40,947 nt of DNA, taken from NCBI GenBank assembly GCA_041746575.1, contig JBGTGT010000117.1, positions 1-40,947 of the forward strand, read 5' to 3'. Source of the stretch: Microcystaceae cyanobacterium. GTDB taxonomy: Bacteria > Cyanobacteriota > Cyanobacteriia > Cyanobacteriales > Microcystaceae. Position 1 is the first letter of the stretch. Every line of letters begins with the position of its first letter. Shown here piece by piece: positions 26,729 to 37,467 of this stretch. Both the position numbers and the translations under genes were made by a program. The notes below the pieces were generated by a model that saw only the letters and a program-made list of their open reading frames with translations, did no database searches and had not been told where the DNA came from.

Positions 26729-28711
26729 TCATTTTTGTCTTGAGTTTGTTACATAATAAATCCCCCGTAGTACTTCTGCGACACTCCAAGCTTGAGCAAA
26801 ACATCCCCGTGAGGAGAAAGGGGGATCTCCATCAAAAATCTCGCTAAGTGTACCTAGACAAGCTTCCTGTAAGTGATTGAGCATTGGCATTAAAAAAGAA
26901 AGAGATTGCTCTGGATTTTGATAAACTTTAAGATGTGCTTGCACGAAATGACCCATCAACCATCCCCATCCTGTTCCTTGATGATAAGCTCCATCCCGTA
27001 AAAAGCGATCGCCGCCATACTGACCCTGATAATCAGAATTATTAGGAGAAAGAGAGCGCAAACCATAGGAAGTTAATAGTTTCTGGCTTACGATATCCAC
27101 AATAGCTTTTTCTTGCTTTTTATTGAGTAAATCCTCTAAAGAAACGGCGAAAATCTGATTTGGCCGCAAAGTGGCATCATTTCCTGTTGGGGCGTCTAAT
27201 ACATCGTAGCAGTAGCCTAAATAATCATTCCAGAAGCGTTGAAACCCTTTTTTAGCATTTTTGCCTAAATTTTCGTATTCAGTAGCAGAATACCCCAAAA
27301 GATTAGCGAATTTAACCATAATTGCTAAGGCATTAACCCAAAGGGCATTAATTTCCACGGGTTTACCGATACGGGGGGTTACCACCCAGTTTTCCACTTT
27401 GGCATCCATCCATGTCAGTTGTACGCCTGTTTCTCCGGCGTAAATTAAGCCATCCCTGTCTAAATGAATGTGATAGCGAGTTCCTCGGCAATGCCAGTCG
27501 ATAACTTCTTTGAGAAGGGGAAATAGCTGAGAAATCAACTCAAGATCATTGGTAAAGTTAAAATACTGATTAATACTTTCAAAATACCAGAAAATAGCAT
27601 CTACAGTGTTATAAATAGGGGTTTCTCCGGCATCAGGAAAATAATTGGGCAACATTCCCTGATTTAAGTAACAGGAGAACGTTCGTAAAATCTGACGGGC
27701 AACCTCAAAGCGTCCTGTAACAAGGGTTAAACCACATAAACTAATCGCTGTATCTCGCCCCCAGTCGCTAAACCAAGGATAACCTGCAATAATCGTTTTT
27801 CCAGCAGTATTATCCTGAAAAGAGCGATTTACAATAAATTGATCAGCCGCTAAGATTAACTGCTCGATGCCTTGAAGGGGTGAGGAAAATTTAACATTAT
27901 TTTGCCAGAGGGAGATTAAGTCATCTTGATGATGATAGTATTGCGTTAATGCCTCGTTTCCGTCTAAATTCACGGTTGATTCTGTACTGGCAATCAAAGT
28001 AATAGATTGATTAACATCCAAAGGGGTGTTAAAAGTTGCAATGTGTAAATGATCGTCAGTGTGACTTAATCCTCGATATCTTTCAATCGCTAAATCAAAC
28101 CCGAAGTATCTATCATGACTGAGTTGAATATTACCCAGATCAGCAAAAAGATAAAAAGGAAGGGCATCAGGAAAAGCAATTATTTTTATGCCTTTTTCTG
28201 TTGGAGACGTTTGCATTTGCCAATTTGTATTTTGGGTATCATGATGATGATCTCGATAGTTAACTAAGGCTTTTAAGGAGAGTTGAAGAGGAGCAGAACC
28301 TCTTTTTAGGGTATAACGAATATAGGTAGTGTTTTCTTCTTGTTGCATCCAAATCTGTTTTTCAAGCAAAGCATCAGCAATGGCAAATATCCAAATGGGG
28401 GTATTTTTTTCGAGGCAGAATGATTCAAGATAAAGATACCCTTTAGGGGCTATGCTTCGATCTTGCCAAACGTTACTCGATAAATCATGAGATTGCGCTA
28501 AGTAATGAACGGTTTCTTCAACTTTTGCCAGTAACAAAGTTCGTTGTACGGGGGGATTTAAGGCTGCTATTAATAATCCATGATAGCGTCGAGTTAAAAT
28601 GCCTGAAAGTGTGCCACAAGCATAACCCCCTATGCCATTAGTTATTAACCATTCTTTAGCGGTTGCAGTCTCTACATGACCACAAATTTCTCTGCCAAAT
28701 TGAATGTTCAT
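26729..28711 (-). CDS. Glycogen debranching enzyme (amylo-alpha-1,6-glucosidase, archaeal/bacterial type)
   Basis: EWLITNGIGGYA, IAGYPWFSDWGRDT, QLTWMDAK, AYHQGT and CFAQAWSVAE. Confidence 0.92.
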   Translation of the reverse strand: MNIQFGREICGHVETATAKEWLITNGIGGYACGTLSGILTRRYHGLLIAALNPPVQRTLLLAKVEETVHYLAQSHDLSSNVWQDRSIAPKGYLYLESFCLEKNTPIWIFAIADALLEKQIWMQQEENTTYIRYTLKRGSAPLQLSLKALVNYRDHHHDTQNTNWQMQTSPTEKGIKIIAFPDALPFYLFADLGNIQLSHDRYFGFDLAIERYRGLSHTDDHLHIATFNTPLDVNQSITLIASTESTVNLDGNEALTQYYHHQDDLISLWQNNVKFSSPLQGIEQLILAADQFIVNRSFQDNTAGKTIIAGYPWFSDWGRDTAISLCGLTLVTGRFEVARQILRTFSCYLNQGMLPNYFPDAGETPIYNTVDAIFWYFESINQYFNFTNDLELISQLFPLLKEVIDWHCRGTRYHIHLDRDGLIYAGETGVQLTWMDAKVENWVVTPRIGKPVEINALWVNALAIMVKFANLLGYSATEYENLGKNAKKGFQRFWNDYLGYCYDVLDAPTGNDATLRPNQIFAVSLEDLLNKKQEKAIVDIVSQKLLTSYGLRSLSPNNSDYQGQYGGDRFLRDGAYHQGTGWGWLMGHFVQAHLKVYQNPEQSLSFLMPMLNHLQEACLGTLSEIFDGDPPFSSRGCFAQAWSVAEVLRGIYYVTNSRQK

Positions 28712-28813
28712 CGTTTTTTATGTCTGTAATAGGCTCTTTAAAAATTATGATAGTCAGTTTGAATGAAGGGCGGAAAGAGTAACGCAAACTTTCTCATTTA
28801 TGACCCCTTCGTA

Positions 28814-30148
28814 TTAAGAAACAGAAAGATCAATTAACCAGCGTACGGTTTGTGGAAAAATAATCACAATAAACAAAACAATTACTTGTAAAAGGATAAA
28901 AGGAATAGCACTTTTATGAATATCAATTGTTTTAACTTCTTTGGGAGCAACACTTTGGAGATAAAATAAAGAAAATCCAACAGGCGGTGAAATAAAAGCC
29001 GTTTGCAAGTTAATTGCTACCACCACACCAAACCAAACCATATCAATTCCTAATGCTTGAGCGGCAGGCACAAATAAGGGCATAGCAATAAAACAAATTT
29101 CGATGAATTCTAGAAACGCTCCTAACATAAAAATGGCGATATTACTAATTAATAAAAAGCCCCATTTTCCTCCCGGTAAACTGGTTAATAAATTCGTAAT
29201 TAACGTTTTACCGCCCAAGCCATCAAATACGAGACCAAAGAGGGAAGAACAGAATAAAATCATTAAGACTAAAGCCGTAATGACGGCGGTTGAGTGGGCG
29301 GCTTCTTTGACTAACTGAGGCGTTAATCTTCCTTTAAACAATGCCAGCAAACTCGCTCCTACTGCTCCTACTGCTCCTGCTTCTGTGGGTGTGGCTAAAC
29401 CAAAGAAAATACTTCCTAAAACCAAGAAAATTAGAGCAATGGGCGGAATTACAGCTTTTAATACTTTTATGTATAAATCTTTTTTTTCAATGTTGATGAC
29501 ATTGGGGGGAGGAAGCGGAACCTGTTGCGGTTTAGCAATAGCTAAAATAATAACATAAAGTAAATATGAGCCGGCTAACATCAAACCGGGAATCAGTGCG
29601 CCTAAAAATAAATCTCCTACAGAAACCCCCAATTGATCGCTTAAAATCACTAAAACCAAGCTAGGTGGGATTAATTGGGCAAGCGTACCGGATGCGATAA
29701 TTACCCCTGAAGCGAGTTTTTGATCGTAGCCATAGCGTAACATAATAGGTAAGGAAATCATGCCCATCACAATCACGGTAGCGGCGACAACGCCCGTGGT
29801 AGCGGCTAGGAGTGTCCCGACGATAATTACTGCTAGGGCAAGTCCACCCCTTACTTTGCTTAAAATAATGCCAATCGTTTCTAATAATTCCTCTGCTAAC
29901 CCCGATTTCTCCAGAATTGCCCCTAAAAAGATAAAATAAGGAACCGCTAACAGCGTAAAATTGGACATTGTACCGAACCAAATATTCGGCAATAATAACA
30001 ATCTGTTTAAGTCAAATGCCCCAAAATATAAGCCAATTAATCCAAAAATAATAGATGTTCCAGCAAAGGAAAATGCGACAGGATAACCACTAATTAAAAT
30101 CAAAAAAAAGCCGACAAACATTAAAATGGCTAACCATTCAAAACCCAT
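28814..30148 (-). CDS. dctM: TRAP transporter large permease
   Basis: [34 protein letters not shown] and [11 protein letters not shown]. Confidence 0.92.
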   Translation of the reverse strand: MGFEWLAILMFVGFFLILISGYPVAFSFAGTSIIFGLIGLYFGAFDLNRLLLLPNIWFGTMSNFTLLAVPYFIFLGAILEKSGLAEELLETIGIILSKVRGGLALAVIIVGTLLAATTGVVAATVIVMGMISLPIMLRYGYDQKLASGVIIASGTLAQLIPPSLVLVILSDQLGVSVGDLFLGALIPGLMLAGSYLLYVIILAIAKPQQVPLPPPNVINIEKKDLYIKVLKAVIPPIALIFLVLGSIFFGLATPTEAGAVGAVGASLLALFKGRLTPQLVKEAAHSTAVITALVLMILFCSSLFGLVFDGLGGKTLITNLLTSLPGGKWGFLLISNIAIFMLGAFLEFIEICFIAMPLFVPAAQALGIDMVWFGVVVAINLQTAFISPPVGFSLFYLQSVAPKEVKTIDIHKSAIPFILLQVIVLFIVIIFPQTVRWLIDLSVS

Positions 30149-30168
30149 AATAATCTCCCTCTTTCGAT

Positions 30169-30789
30169 TTATTCAATATTAGTATAATCTGAGGCTTCTA
30201 AACGCATTTGTTCGGCAACCTTTTGATAATCCAGTACCACGGCTAAGTATTTAATGGCTTGGGAAATACTTTGCAATAATAATAAGAATAAAGCAATGGG
30301 AAGCATGGTTTTGATGGGAGCGCGAGGTAAGCCATCGGCATCTGCAGAAACTTCCCAAGTTCCCCACGTTCCATTCGGTAAATAGCCCCAAGATTGTAAG
30401 ACTGGATTGAAGGTTACCCACAGACTCATCAGACAGAAAGGAATTAAAAATAATACCGTTCCGATTAAATCGAGAAGGGCTTTTTGTTTGTCTGTCCAAC
30501 GGGTATATAGAAAATCAACTCGCACATTTTCACCGTGTTTAAGAATATAAGTAAAGCCCAGTAAAAAAGCAATTGAGAATAAATACCATTGCAATTCGAT
30601 AAATAAATTAGAAGAGAGAGAGCGTCCAATAAAACGACCAATATAACGGGCAATTACATTATAAAAACCAACCCCCACTGTCAGCAAAATAATCCAGTTA
30701 ATGAGAAATCCTAATCTTTCGGTAAATTGGTCAATTCGATGAGAAAATTTAAGAAGCGATCGCATCGGAACTCTAATAGCTAATGACAT
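30169..30789 (-). CDS. dctQ: TRAP transporter small permease
   Basis: Four TM segments and [19 protein letters not shown]. Directly upstream of dctM. Confidence 0.88.
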   Translation of the reverse strand: MSLAIRVPMRSLLKFSHRIDQFTERLGFLINWIILLTVGVGFYNVIARYIGRFIGRSLSSNLFIELQWYLFSIAFLLGFTYILKHGENVRVDFLYTRWTDKQKALLDLIGTVLFLIPFCLMSLWVTFNPVLQSWGYLPNGTWGTWEVSADADGLPRAPIKTMLPIALFLLLLQSISQAIKYLAVVLDYQKVAEQMRLEASDYTNIE

Positions 30790-30935
30790 GGATGTTATCT
30801 GTTAATTAATCTGAGCTTTTATTCTACCTTATGAAGAGCCAAACTTAAATAAGTTCCCTATTATTGTAGATTTCCAATCTATGTTAAACAAGATATCATG
30901 AGATGAACGAATAAATTCAGGAGGTTAATTAAACG

Positions 30936-31247
30936 ATGGTTATTGAATGGCTAAAATTTCAAGTTGAGCCTCAACTGCGAGAAAAATTTATCCAAACTGA
31001 TCGAGAGATTTGGACACAATTTTTAGCCCAATACGACGGCTATGTAGGCAAAGAAATTTGGCTGGATGCTGACAACCTAGAACAAATTGTCATCACGATT
31101 TATTGGCAAACTAAAGAACAATGGAAAAGTATTCCAGCAGAACGTCTTCAAGAAAAAGAAGCTCAATTTGAGCAGAAGTTTGGTAAAGCGTCTTATCAAC
31201 TATTATCTGCAAAAGAATACCAAATTAGACAATTTTTAGCCCGTTAA
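30936..31247 (+). CDS. Cyanobacterial dimeric alpha-beta barrel protein (TIGR03792-like)
   Basis: MVIEWLKFQV..REKFIQ.D.EIWT..L...G..GKEIW and I.W.T.EQWKSIP. AGGAGG RBS. Confidence 0.8.
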   Translation: MVIEWLKFQVEPQLREKFIQTDREIWTQFLAQYDGYVGKEIWLDADNLEQIVITIYWQTKEQWKSIPAERLQEKEAQFEQKFGKASYQLLSAKEYQIRQFLAR

Positions 31248-31422
31248 GTAACCATAAATAAATCATCGAAAAATAACAGGGGGCGATCCCATAAACGATA
31301 AGGCGTATAGACGGATTGAGGGTAAAAGATTAAAAAGTCTAAATTCTGGTGATCGTCCCTTGATTCTTTTTAAATAATTGGATTACAATTTGAACGATTG
31401 TTAACTCTTTTTTCAGTATCCC

Positions 31423-31935
31423 GTGAACTCAGACACGAAAGAACAATTTAACTTATTATACCAAGCCGGCAATAATGCCCTCGAACGGGGACAATATCGC
31501 TTAAGTGTTGAAAATCTTGAAAAAGCGATTGAAATCTATCCCGTAACCACCAAGCAGGGGGCAGAGGCGAGCATTTTATTGATCACCGCCTATCAAGGGG
31601 TTGGGAATTCGACTGCCGCTATCCATTTATGCCGTCAACTTGCCCAACAGCCCAATGCCTCGATGCGTCAACAGGGAAAACGATTACTCTACATTCTAGA
31701 AGCCCCCCGTCTGAAACGCCCCCCCGAATGGGTGAATAATGTTCCGACGCTAAAAGCAGATAGTAATCAATCTCAATATGTTTCTGCTAAACCAGCCTCT
31801 CAACAAGTACCGAAGAAAATCGATAAAATTGAACCGATTGATCTTTCCCAAGTGAAGACAAAAGACAATGCGTTTATTGGGTTAGCATTGGTCATTATTT
31901 TATTAATGATGGGAGCATTTATTTGGTTGAATTAA
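31423..31935 (+). CDS. TPR-containing protein with a C-terminal membrane anchor
   Basis: YQAG..ALERGQYR.SV..LEKA, RLLYILEAP.L.RPPEW and a hydrophobic C-terminus. GTG start. Confidence 0.8.
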   Translation: MNSDTKEQFNLLYQAGNNALERGQYRLSVENLEKAIEIYPVTTKQGAEASILLITAYQGVGNSTAAIHLCRQLAQQPNASMRQQGKRLLYILEAPRLKRPPEWVNNVPTLKADSNQSQYVSAKPASQQVPKKIDKIEPIDLSQVKTKDNAFIGLALVIILLMMGAFIWLN

Positions 31936-31979
31936 AATTTAATAGTTACGCCGAAATTTAAAATAACAATTTATAAAAT

Positions 31980-34652
31980 ATGAAGTTATCCCTCAGAGAA
32001 CGATTAAATATTTCGCGGTTAGCAATTAGATATTCACGTCTTACCATCTGCTTTTGGCTAGCAGTGATTGTGGCCGGTTTATTCGCATTCAGTTCCCTAA
32101 AATATGCTCTTTTTCCTGATGTTGCTTTTCCCGTTGTCATTGTCCATACTCAGAATAATACCGATACGCTTGAAGCCACTGAAGCCAAAATAACCACTCC
32201 TTTAGAAAAAGCGTTACTTGTTTTAGATGAAGAGGCTAATATTTATTCATCGACTTATACGAATCAGTCAGTGATCAATGTAGTTTTTGAAGGTGGAATT
32301 AATCTAAGCACAGCCACTCAAAACGTCCAAAATATTGTTAATACTGTTCCTTTACCTAATAATCTCAAACCGAAAGTTACCCCCTTCAACCTCAATGAAT
32401 CATCTGCCGTTAGTTATATTATTAATAGTCAACAAAAAAACATAGGGGAATTAACAGAAATCGCCCAAAAAACAATTATACCTAAAATTAATTCAATTAA
32501 GGGCGTTTTGAGAGTTGATCTTTTAGGAGATGCCACCTATCGGGATTATGATTTGCAAACTCCTGATGCCAATCCACCTACTTTAGTACAGTTTAATGGC
32601 GAAGATGTTCTCTCATTTCAAGTGATCAAAAAAGCCAACGCTAATACCTTAGATATTGTCCGACAAGTCGAGCGACAAGTACAAGAATTGCAATCCCAAT
32701 TAGCCGATATTCAATTAACCCTAGCAGAAACTCAAGCGAATTATATTAGAGAAGCGACACAATCCACGATAGATGCTCTGATTGGAGCAATTGTTTTAGC
32801 TATTTTAGTCATATATCCTTTTTTACGCAACATAGCGGCAACTTTTATTACTGCCCTTGCAATTCCTATCTCTTTATTAGGAACATTTATTATTATGAAA
32901 TGGGCAGGGTTTAATTTTGAAACGCTGACTTTATTAGCGTTAGCATTAGTGATTGGGATTATTGTAGATGATGCGATCGTTGATGTTGAAAATATCGCTA
33001 GATACGTCGATGAAGGCGAAAATTCTCGGACAGCTGCCCTCAAAGGAACCGATGAAATCGGGTTAACGGTGTCGGTATCAACCTTAACGATTGCGGCGGT
33101 TTTTCTGCCTATTGCCTTAATGGGAGGTACATTAGGACAATTTTTTAAACCTTTCGCTTTAACCGTATCTTCTGCTGTCTTAATCTCCCTTTTAGTCGCT
33201 AGAACCTTATCCCCTGTCTTAGCCACCTATTGGCTAAAGCCTAAACGTCAAAATAGAGGTGAAAATGGGACTTTTTCCCCTTCCTTACCCTTTACAAATG
33301 CTTATCAAAATTTACTTAATTGGTCTTTAAATCACCGAAGAATTGTAATTATCATTGCCCTAGTCAGTTTTATGGCAGGTATTGCTTTAATTCCTTTTAT
33401 CCCTAAAGGATTTATTCCTAAATTAGATCGAGGACAATTTAATATTGTTTATACAATTCCCACGCCGAAAGTCGATAAACGATTAAAAAATATTGACCTT
33501 AATCAGTTATCTCAATCTAACCCATCGGAGGAAGGTTCATTTAATTGGACAGGTGATCTTAGAAACTCTCCCGATCGCATTATTTTACGAAAAACTCGAC
33601 GCATAGGTGAAAATTTAGAAACGACAGTTTTAGAGCAATCCGAAGTAGAATCAGTTTATTTAATTGCAGGATTAAGAGGAAAACCGACTCAAGGAAAATT
33701 ATATGTTACGCTCAAAAAAGACCGTCAACTTTCTACCAGTGAAATTCAAGAAAAAATCCGCAATAATTTACCTAAATCCTCAGGGCTAACCCTGAGCGTG
33801 GAAGATATTGTGTTTGTAGAGACAGGTAATGATACCCCTCTGAAAATGGGTTTATTGGGTCATAATATCACAACCTTAAATCAAGCAGGACAGACATTAA
33901 AGGCAAGGGTATCAGAATTATCGGGGTTAGAAGATGTGGAAGTCACAAAAAATGACCCCGAGCAGGTTATTCAACATTACAACGGAGAAAGAAGTGTATT
34001 TATCAGTGCAAATTTAGGTGAAACAGCCGCTTTAGGGAATGTAACTCAAGAAATTGTTCAATTATCACAATCCATTTTACCGCCTGGTGCTAAGCTGAAG
34101 GTGTTAGGAGATTCTGCCCGCTTAAATTTGATCTTTAGAGAGTTTGGTACTACTTTAATCTTATCAATTACCTGTATGTTAGTTGTATTGTATTTACCGT
34201 TTCAACGCTTATTAGAACCGATGGTGGTGGCGTTATCCGTTCCTCTGTCTATTGTGGGATCAATGTTAGCCTTATTATTGACGCAAAGTGAATTTGGCAT
34301 GATTTCTTTAATTGGCTTAATTTTCTTACTGGGATTATTAGATAAAAATGCGATTTTGTTAATGGATTATACCAACCAATTACGACAAAAAGGAATGACT
34401 CGTCGGGAGGCTATTTTAGAAACAGGAATTATCCGTTTACGCCCTATTTTAATGACGACGACTTCAACTATTTTAGGAATGTTACCCATTGCGTTAGGAT
34501 TCGGCGCAGGGGCAGAATTAAGACAACCGATGGCTGTTGCTATTATCGGCGGATTAATGACTTCTTCCTTACTCAGTTTAATTGTTGTTCCTGTTTTATA
34601 CACGCTCCTAGAAGATGGTTTTTTTAAAATTAACACTTCTGGTAATAATTAA
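31980..34652 (+). CDS. RND (AcrB/AcrD/AcrF family) efflux permease, short form
   Basis: LFPDVAFPVV, GIIVDDAIVDVENI, KNAILL, RLRPILMTT and PMAVAIIGGL. Confidence 0.93.
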   Translation: MKLSLRERLNISRLAIRYSRLTICFWLAVIVAGLFAFSSLKYALFPDVAFPVVIVHTQNNTDTLEATEAKITTPLEKALLVLDEEANIYSSTYTNQSVINVVFEGGINLSTATQNVQNIVNTVPLPNNLKPKVTPFNLNESSAVSYIINSQQKNIGELTEIAQKTIIPKINSIKGVLRVDLLGDATYRDYDLQTPDANPPTLVQFNGEDVLSFQVIKKANANTLDIVRQVERQVQELQSQLADIQLTLAETQANYIREATQSTIDALIGAIVLAILVIYPFLRNIAATFITALAIPISLLGTFIIMKWAGFNFETLTLLALALVIGIIVDDAIVDVENIARYVDEGENSRTAALKGTDEIGLTVSVSTLTIAAVFLPIALMGGTLGQFFKPFALTVSSAVLISLLVARTLSPVLATYWLKPKRQNRGENGTFSPSLPFTNAYQNLLNWSLNHRRIVIIIALVSFMAGIALIPFIPKGFIPKLDRGQFNIVYTIPTPKVDKRLKNIDLNQLSQSNPSEEGSFNWTGDLRNSPDRIILRKTRRIGENLETTVLEQSEVESVYLIAGLRGKPTQGKLYVTLKKDRQLSTSEIQEKIRNNLPKSSGLTLSVEDIVFVETGNDTPLKMGLLGHNITTLNQAGQTLKARVSELSGLEDVEVTKNDPEQVIQHYNGERSVFISANLGETAALGNVTQEIVQLSQSILPPGAKLKVLGDSARLNLIFREFGTTLILSITCMLVVLYLPFQRLLEPMVVALSVPLSIVGSMLALLLTQSEFGMISLIGLIFLLGLLDKNAILLMDYTNQLRQKGMTRREAILETGIIRLRPILMTTTSTILGMLPIALGFGAGAELRQPMAVAIIGGLMTSSLLSLIVVPVLYTLLEDGFFKINTSGNN

Positions 34653-34691
34653 TCAAAGAAAAAGACTGATTACCGTTTATCGTTTACGTCC

Positions 34692-35540
34692 ATGTTTTAT
34701 CATCTTTGCCATCAAACCCTTTATACTTATCCACAAGCGGTCAAGTTATCCCCCCATCTTCTAAGATTATGTCCTCGCTCTAATGGTTGGCAAAAATTGC
34801 TAGACTTTCAATTATTTATTGAACCCAAACCAACCCGTATCACGCCGATTTATGACTTAGATGGCAATCATTTACATCAAATCTGGTTTGACGATGAAAT
34901 TGAAACCTTGAACATTAAGACGGATTTTAAAATTGAAACCTTAATCGAAAATCCTTTTATTTTTCAACTCGAATCTTGGGCATTGAAATTACCCTTTGAC
35001 TACACGACTTCTTGGTGTCAGCAATTACAACCTTATTTGAACTCTTATTATCCTCATTTTGATCCCGTTGCCATTGAACTTGCTCAAGAAATTTGTCACG
35101 AAGTTCAACAAAATCCGCTTAATTTTCTCTTTTCTTTGAATCAAAAAATTTACCAAAATTGTCAATATCTAACCAGAGAAGAAGGGGATCCTTTGCCCCC
35201 TAGGGTAACATGGCAAAAAAAACAGGGATCCTGTCGCGATTTTAGTATCCTTTTTATAGAAGTTTGCCGCGCGATGGGGTTAGGCGCAAGATTCGTCAGT
35301 GGTTACCAAGAAGGCGACCCCGATCAAGTAGAATTGGATTTGCATGGATGGGTAGAAGTCTATTTGCCCGGTGCGGGTTGGAGAGGGTATGATCCCACTT
35401 ATGGGTTAGCAGTCAGCGATCGCCATATTGCCCTCGTCGCTAGTGCAATTCCTCAATATACTGTCCCTATAAGTGGTACAGTCACTACGGCAGGGACTAA
35501 GTCTAATATGGTCAGCAAAATAACGGTTTTAAGGAGTTAA
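34692..35540 (+). CDS. Transglutaminase-like family protein
   Basis: GSCRDF, RAMGLGARFVSGY and LHGWVEVYLPGAGWRGYDPT (Cys-His-Asp triad). Confidence 0.92.
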   Translation: MFYHLCHQTLYTYPQAVKLSPHLLRLCPRSNGWQKLLDFQLFIEPKPTRITPIYDLDGNHLHQIWFDDEIETLNIKTDFKIETLIENPFIFQLESWALKLPFDYTTSWCQQLQPYLNSYYPHFDPVAIELAQEICHEVQQNPLNFLFSLNQKIYQNCQYLTREEGDPLPPRVTWQKKQGSCRDFSILFIEVCRAMGLGARFVSGYQEGDPDQVELDLHGWVEVYLPGAGWRGYDPTYGLAVSDRHIALVASAIPQYTVPISGTVTTAGTKSNMVSKITVLRS

Positions 35541-35555
35541 GTGATTATTGGGTTA

Positions 35556-35696
35556 AATATCAGGTCTTAGGCTTCGGTTGTGATCGCACAACGCCTTGAA
35601 TTGAGATGTTTAGCAAATTGCCTGACATCAATCCTCATTAGGGATTTAATTCTGCATTCTGCAAATTCCTTCTTCCCCCACCTAAAACCTGATATT
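35556..35696. mobile_element. MITE-like 141-bp element with 16-bp terminal inverted repeats
   Basis: AATATCAGGTCTTAGG (35556-35571) and CCTAAAACCTGATATT (35681-35696) pair at 15/16. Internal hairpins are present. Confidence 0.55.
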
Positions 35697-35700
35697 GAGT

Positions 35701-36186
35701 TTATTCAGCGAAATAAATGAATTCCTGTTCAATGACAGGTTCATCTGCCTCCGCATACTCGCCCCCGATACCAATTCCCGTATAGAAAATTTGGGCATCA
35801 TTAAGGGTTAAAGCGACCATAGAAGCCCCTCTAACTTCTGTATCGTACAATTGAGCATGGGTGAAATTCACCCCGTCTAAGTTGGCATCTGCAAGGATGG
35901 CATTGGTAACCATTGCTTGGGTTAAATTTGCCCCTTCAAGGTTTGCCCCTGTCAAATCAGCCCCTTCTAGGTTGGCATTTGTAAGGTTTGCACCTTTTAG
36001 GTTCGCTTCACGTAAGTCTGCCCCAATTAAGTGCGCCCCCTCTAGATTTACACCCGATAAGTCGCAATGACGACATTGTTTGGTTTCTAGGAGTTGCTCA
36101 ACCTGTTGAGGGTTGGCGGCGTTAACTTGCGTGGATAGCAATAACACGGGAATTAAGCTAAAAAGTGCTAAGCGTTTGCGTTTCAT
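35701..36186 (-). CDS. Secreted/lumenal pentapeptide-repeat protein
   Basis: Signal peptide ending VNA-A, LLETKQCRHCDL and A(D/N)Lxx repeats. Confidence 0.9.
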   Translation of the reverse strand: MKRKRLALFSLIPVLLLSTQVNAANPQQVEQLLETKQCRHCDLSGVNLEGAHLIGADLREANLKGANLTNANLEGADLTGANLEGANLTQAMVTNAILADANLDGVNFTHAQLYDTEVRGASMVALTLNDAQIFYTGIGIGGEYAEADEPVIEQEFIYFAE

Positions 36187-36324
36187 GAAATCACTCGCTA
36201 TTACTCAGAGTTTTACCTTTCCCGACGCATTGACACCATGAGGGGTTTCGGGGATATCAAGAAAGATTAACGAACAGATACAATGAGAAATTAGAAAAGT
36301 CAGATGCTATTGGGGGATAAATCT

Positions 36325-36468
36325 ATGATGCGTAAGAAATGGGTGGCCGTTGTAACAGGGGCTGTTTCAGTAGCGATCGCCCTTGCTTATTTAATTTTAG
36401 TCACGATTCTCGATTCTCGTGGCGAAATGATTCCTGCCCCTGTTGTTGATCTTATTTTCTTTTTTTGA
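36325..36468 (+). CDS. 47-aa single-TM conserved cyanobacterial small protein (missed by the ORF track)
   Basis: MMRKKWVAVVTGAVSVAIALAYLILVTILDSRGEMIPAPVVDLIFFF*. GGGGGA upstream. Ends 1 bp before the hisA stop. Confidence 0.75.
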   Translation: MMRKKWVAVVTGAVSVAIALAYLILVTILDSRGEMIPAPVVDLIFFF

Positions 36469-36469
36469 G

Positions 36470-37243
36470 TCAAACCCAAGCAGAATGAGTGCTATTGGGG
36501 GGAATATCTTGCCATCTTCCTACACCAACCGCTTTGACTGCTTCAGAGAGGCTTAGATCTCCTGTATAAAGAGCGCGTCCGACAATAACACCGGATACTC
36601 CCAACGGTTCAACAGACAGTAAACTTAAAATATCACTTAAGGAACTCACCCCACCAGAGGCAATGACGGGAATCTCCACGATTGACGCTAATTCTCGTAA
36701 TGCTTCTTTATTAGGTCCGATTAACGTGCCATCTCGTTTAATATCAGTATAAATAATCTTTGCCACGCCTAATTTTGCCATGTCTTGCGCTAAATGGGTT
36801 GCTAACACTTCAGAGGTTTCTAGCCATCCTTTAGTGGCAACCTTGCCGTCTCTAGCGTCAATGCCAACAATAATCTTATGGGGGAAAGTTTGACAAAGTT
36901 CTTGAACTAAATTAGGGTTTTCAACTGCAATTGTCCCTAAAATGACTTGATTTACCCCAATCTCTAATAGCTGACTGACACTGTTTTCATCTCGTAATCC
37001 GCCTCCGACTTGTACAGGAATCTGAATGGCTTGAACAATTGCTTCAATTACCTCTAAATTGACAGGTTTTCCTTGTTTTGCACCATCTAAATCGACGACG
37101 TGTAATCTCGGTGCGCCTGCCACCTCCCATTGACGGGCCACCTCCACCGGATTTTCGTGATAGACTTGCGCTTGTTGATAGTCCCCTTGATAGAGACGAA
37201 CACAACGACCGTTTAAAAGATCGATAGCCGGAATGACATCCAT
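36470..37243 (-). CDS. hisA: ProFAR isomerase HisA
   Basis: [45 protein letters not shown] and VIASGGV. Confidence 0.97.
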   Translation of the reverse strand: MDVIPAIDLLNGRCVRLYQGDYQQAQVYHENPVEVARQWEVAGAPRLHVVDLDGAKQGKPVNLEVIEAIVQAIQIPVQVGGGLRDENSVSQLLEIGVNQVILGTIAVENPNLVQELCQTFPHKIIVGIDARDGKVATKGWLETSEVLATHLAQDMAKLGVAKIIYTDIKRDGTLIGPNKEALRELASIVEIPVIASGGVSSLSDILSLLSVEPLGVSGVIVGRALYTGDLSLSEAVKAVGVGRWQDIPPNSTHSAWV

Positions 37244-37467
37244 AATTCTTAAAAATAAGCCAATTATTTATACTATACATTACGTTATTTACGCTGAGCA
37301 ATTAACTGAAGAGCAAAAGAGACAAGGAACAACTGGCTAGATAACATCAATCTTACTTTTTTTAACGATTTAATCATACAGTTTTACATGAAAACGGTTG
37401 CAAATTATTGATATTTTTCATAAAATAAATTAAATAAAAAATATTTTTTGCAATTATCGAGAAATGT

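Larger units (their letters stand above)
4147..36380. repeat. HIP1 octamer GCGATCGC, at least 14 dispersed copies
   Basis: Seen at 4147, 6827, 9088, 10132, 11885, 13444, 19198, 22465, 23240, 25767, 27005, 30756, 35416 and 36373. Confidence 0.9.
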
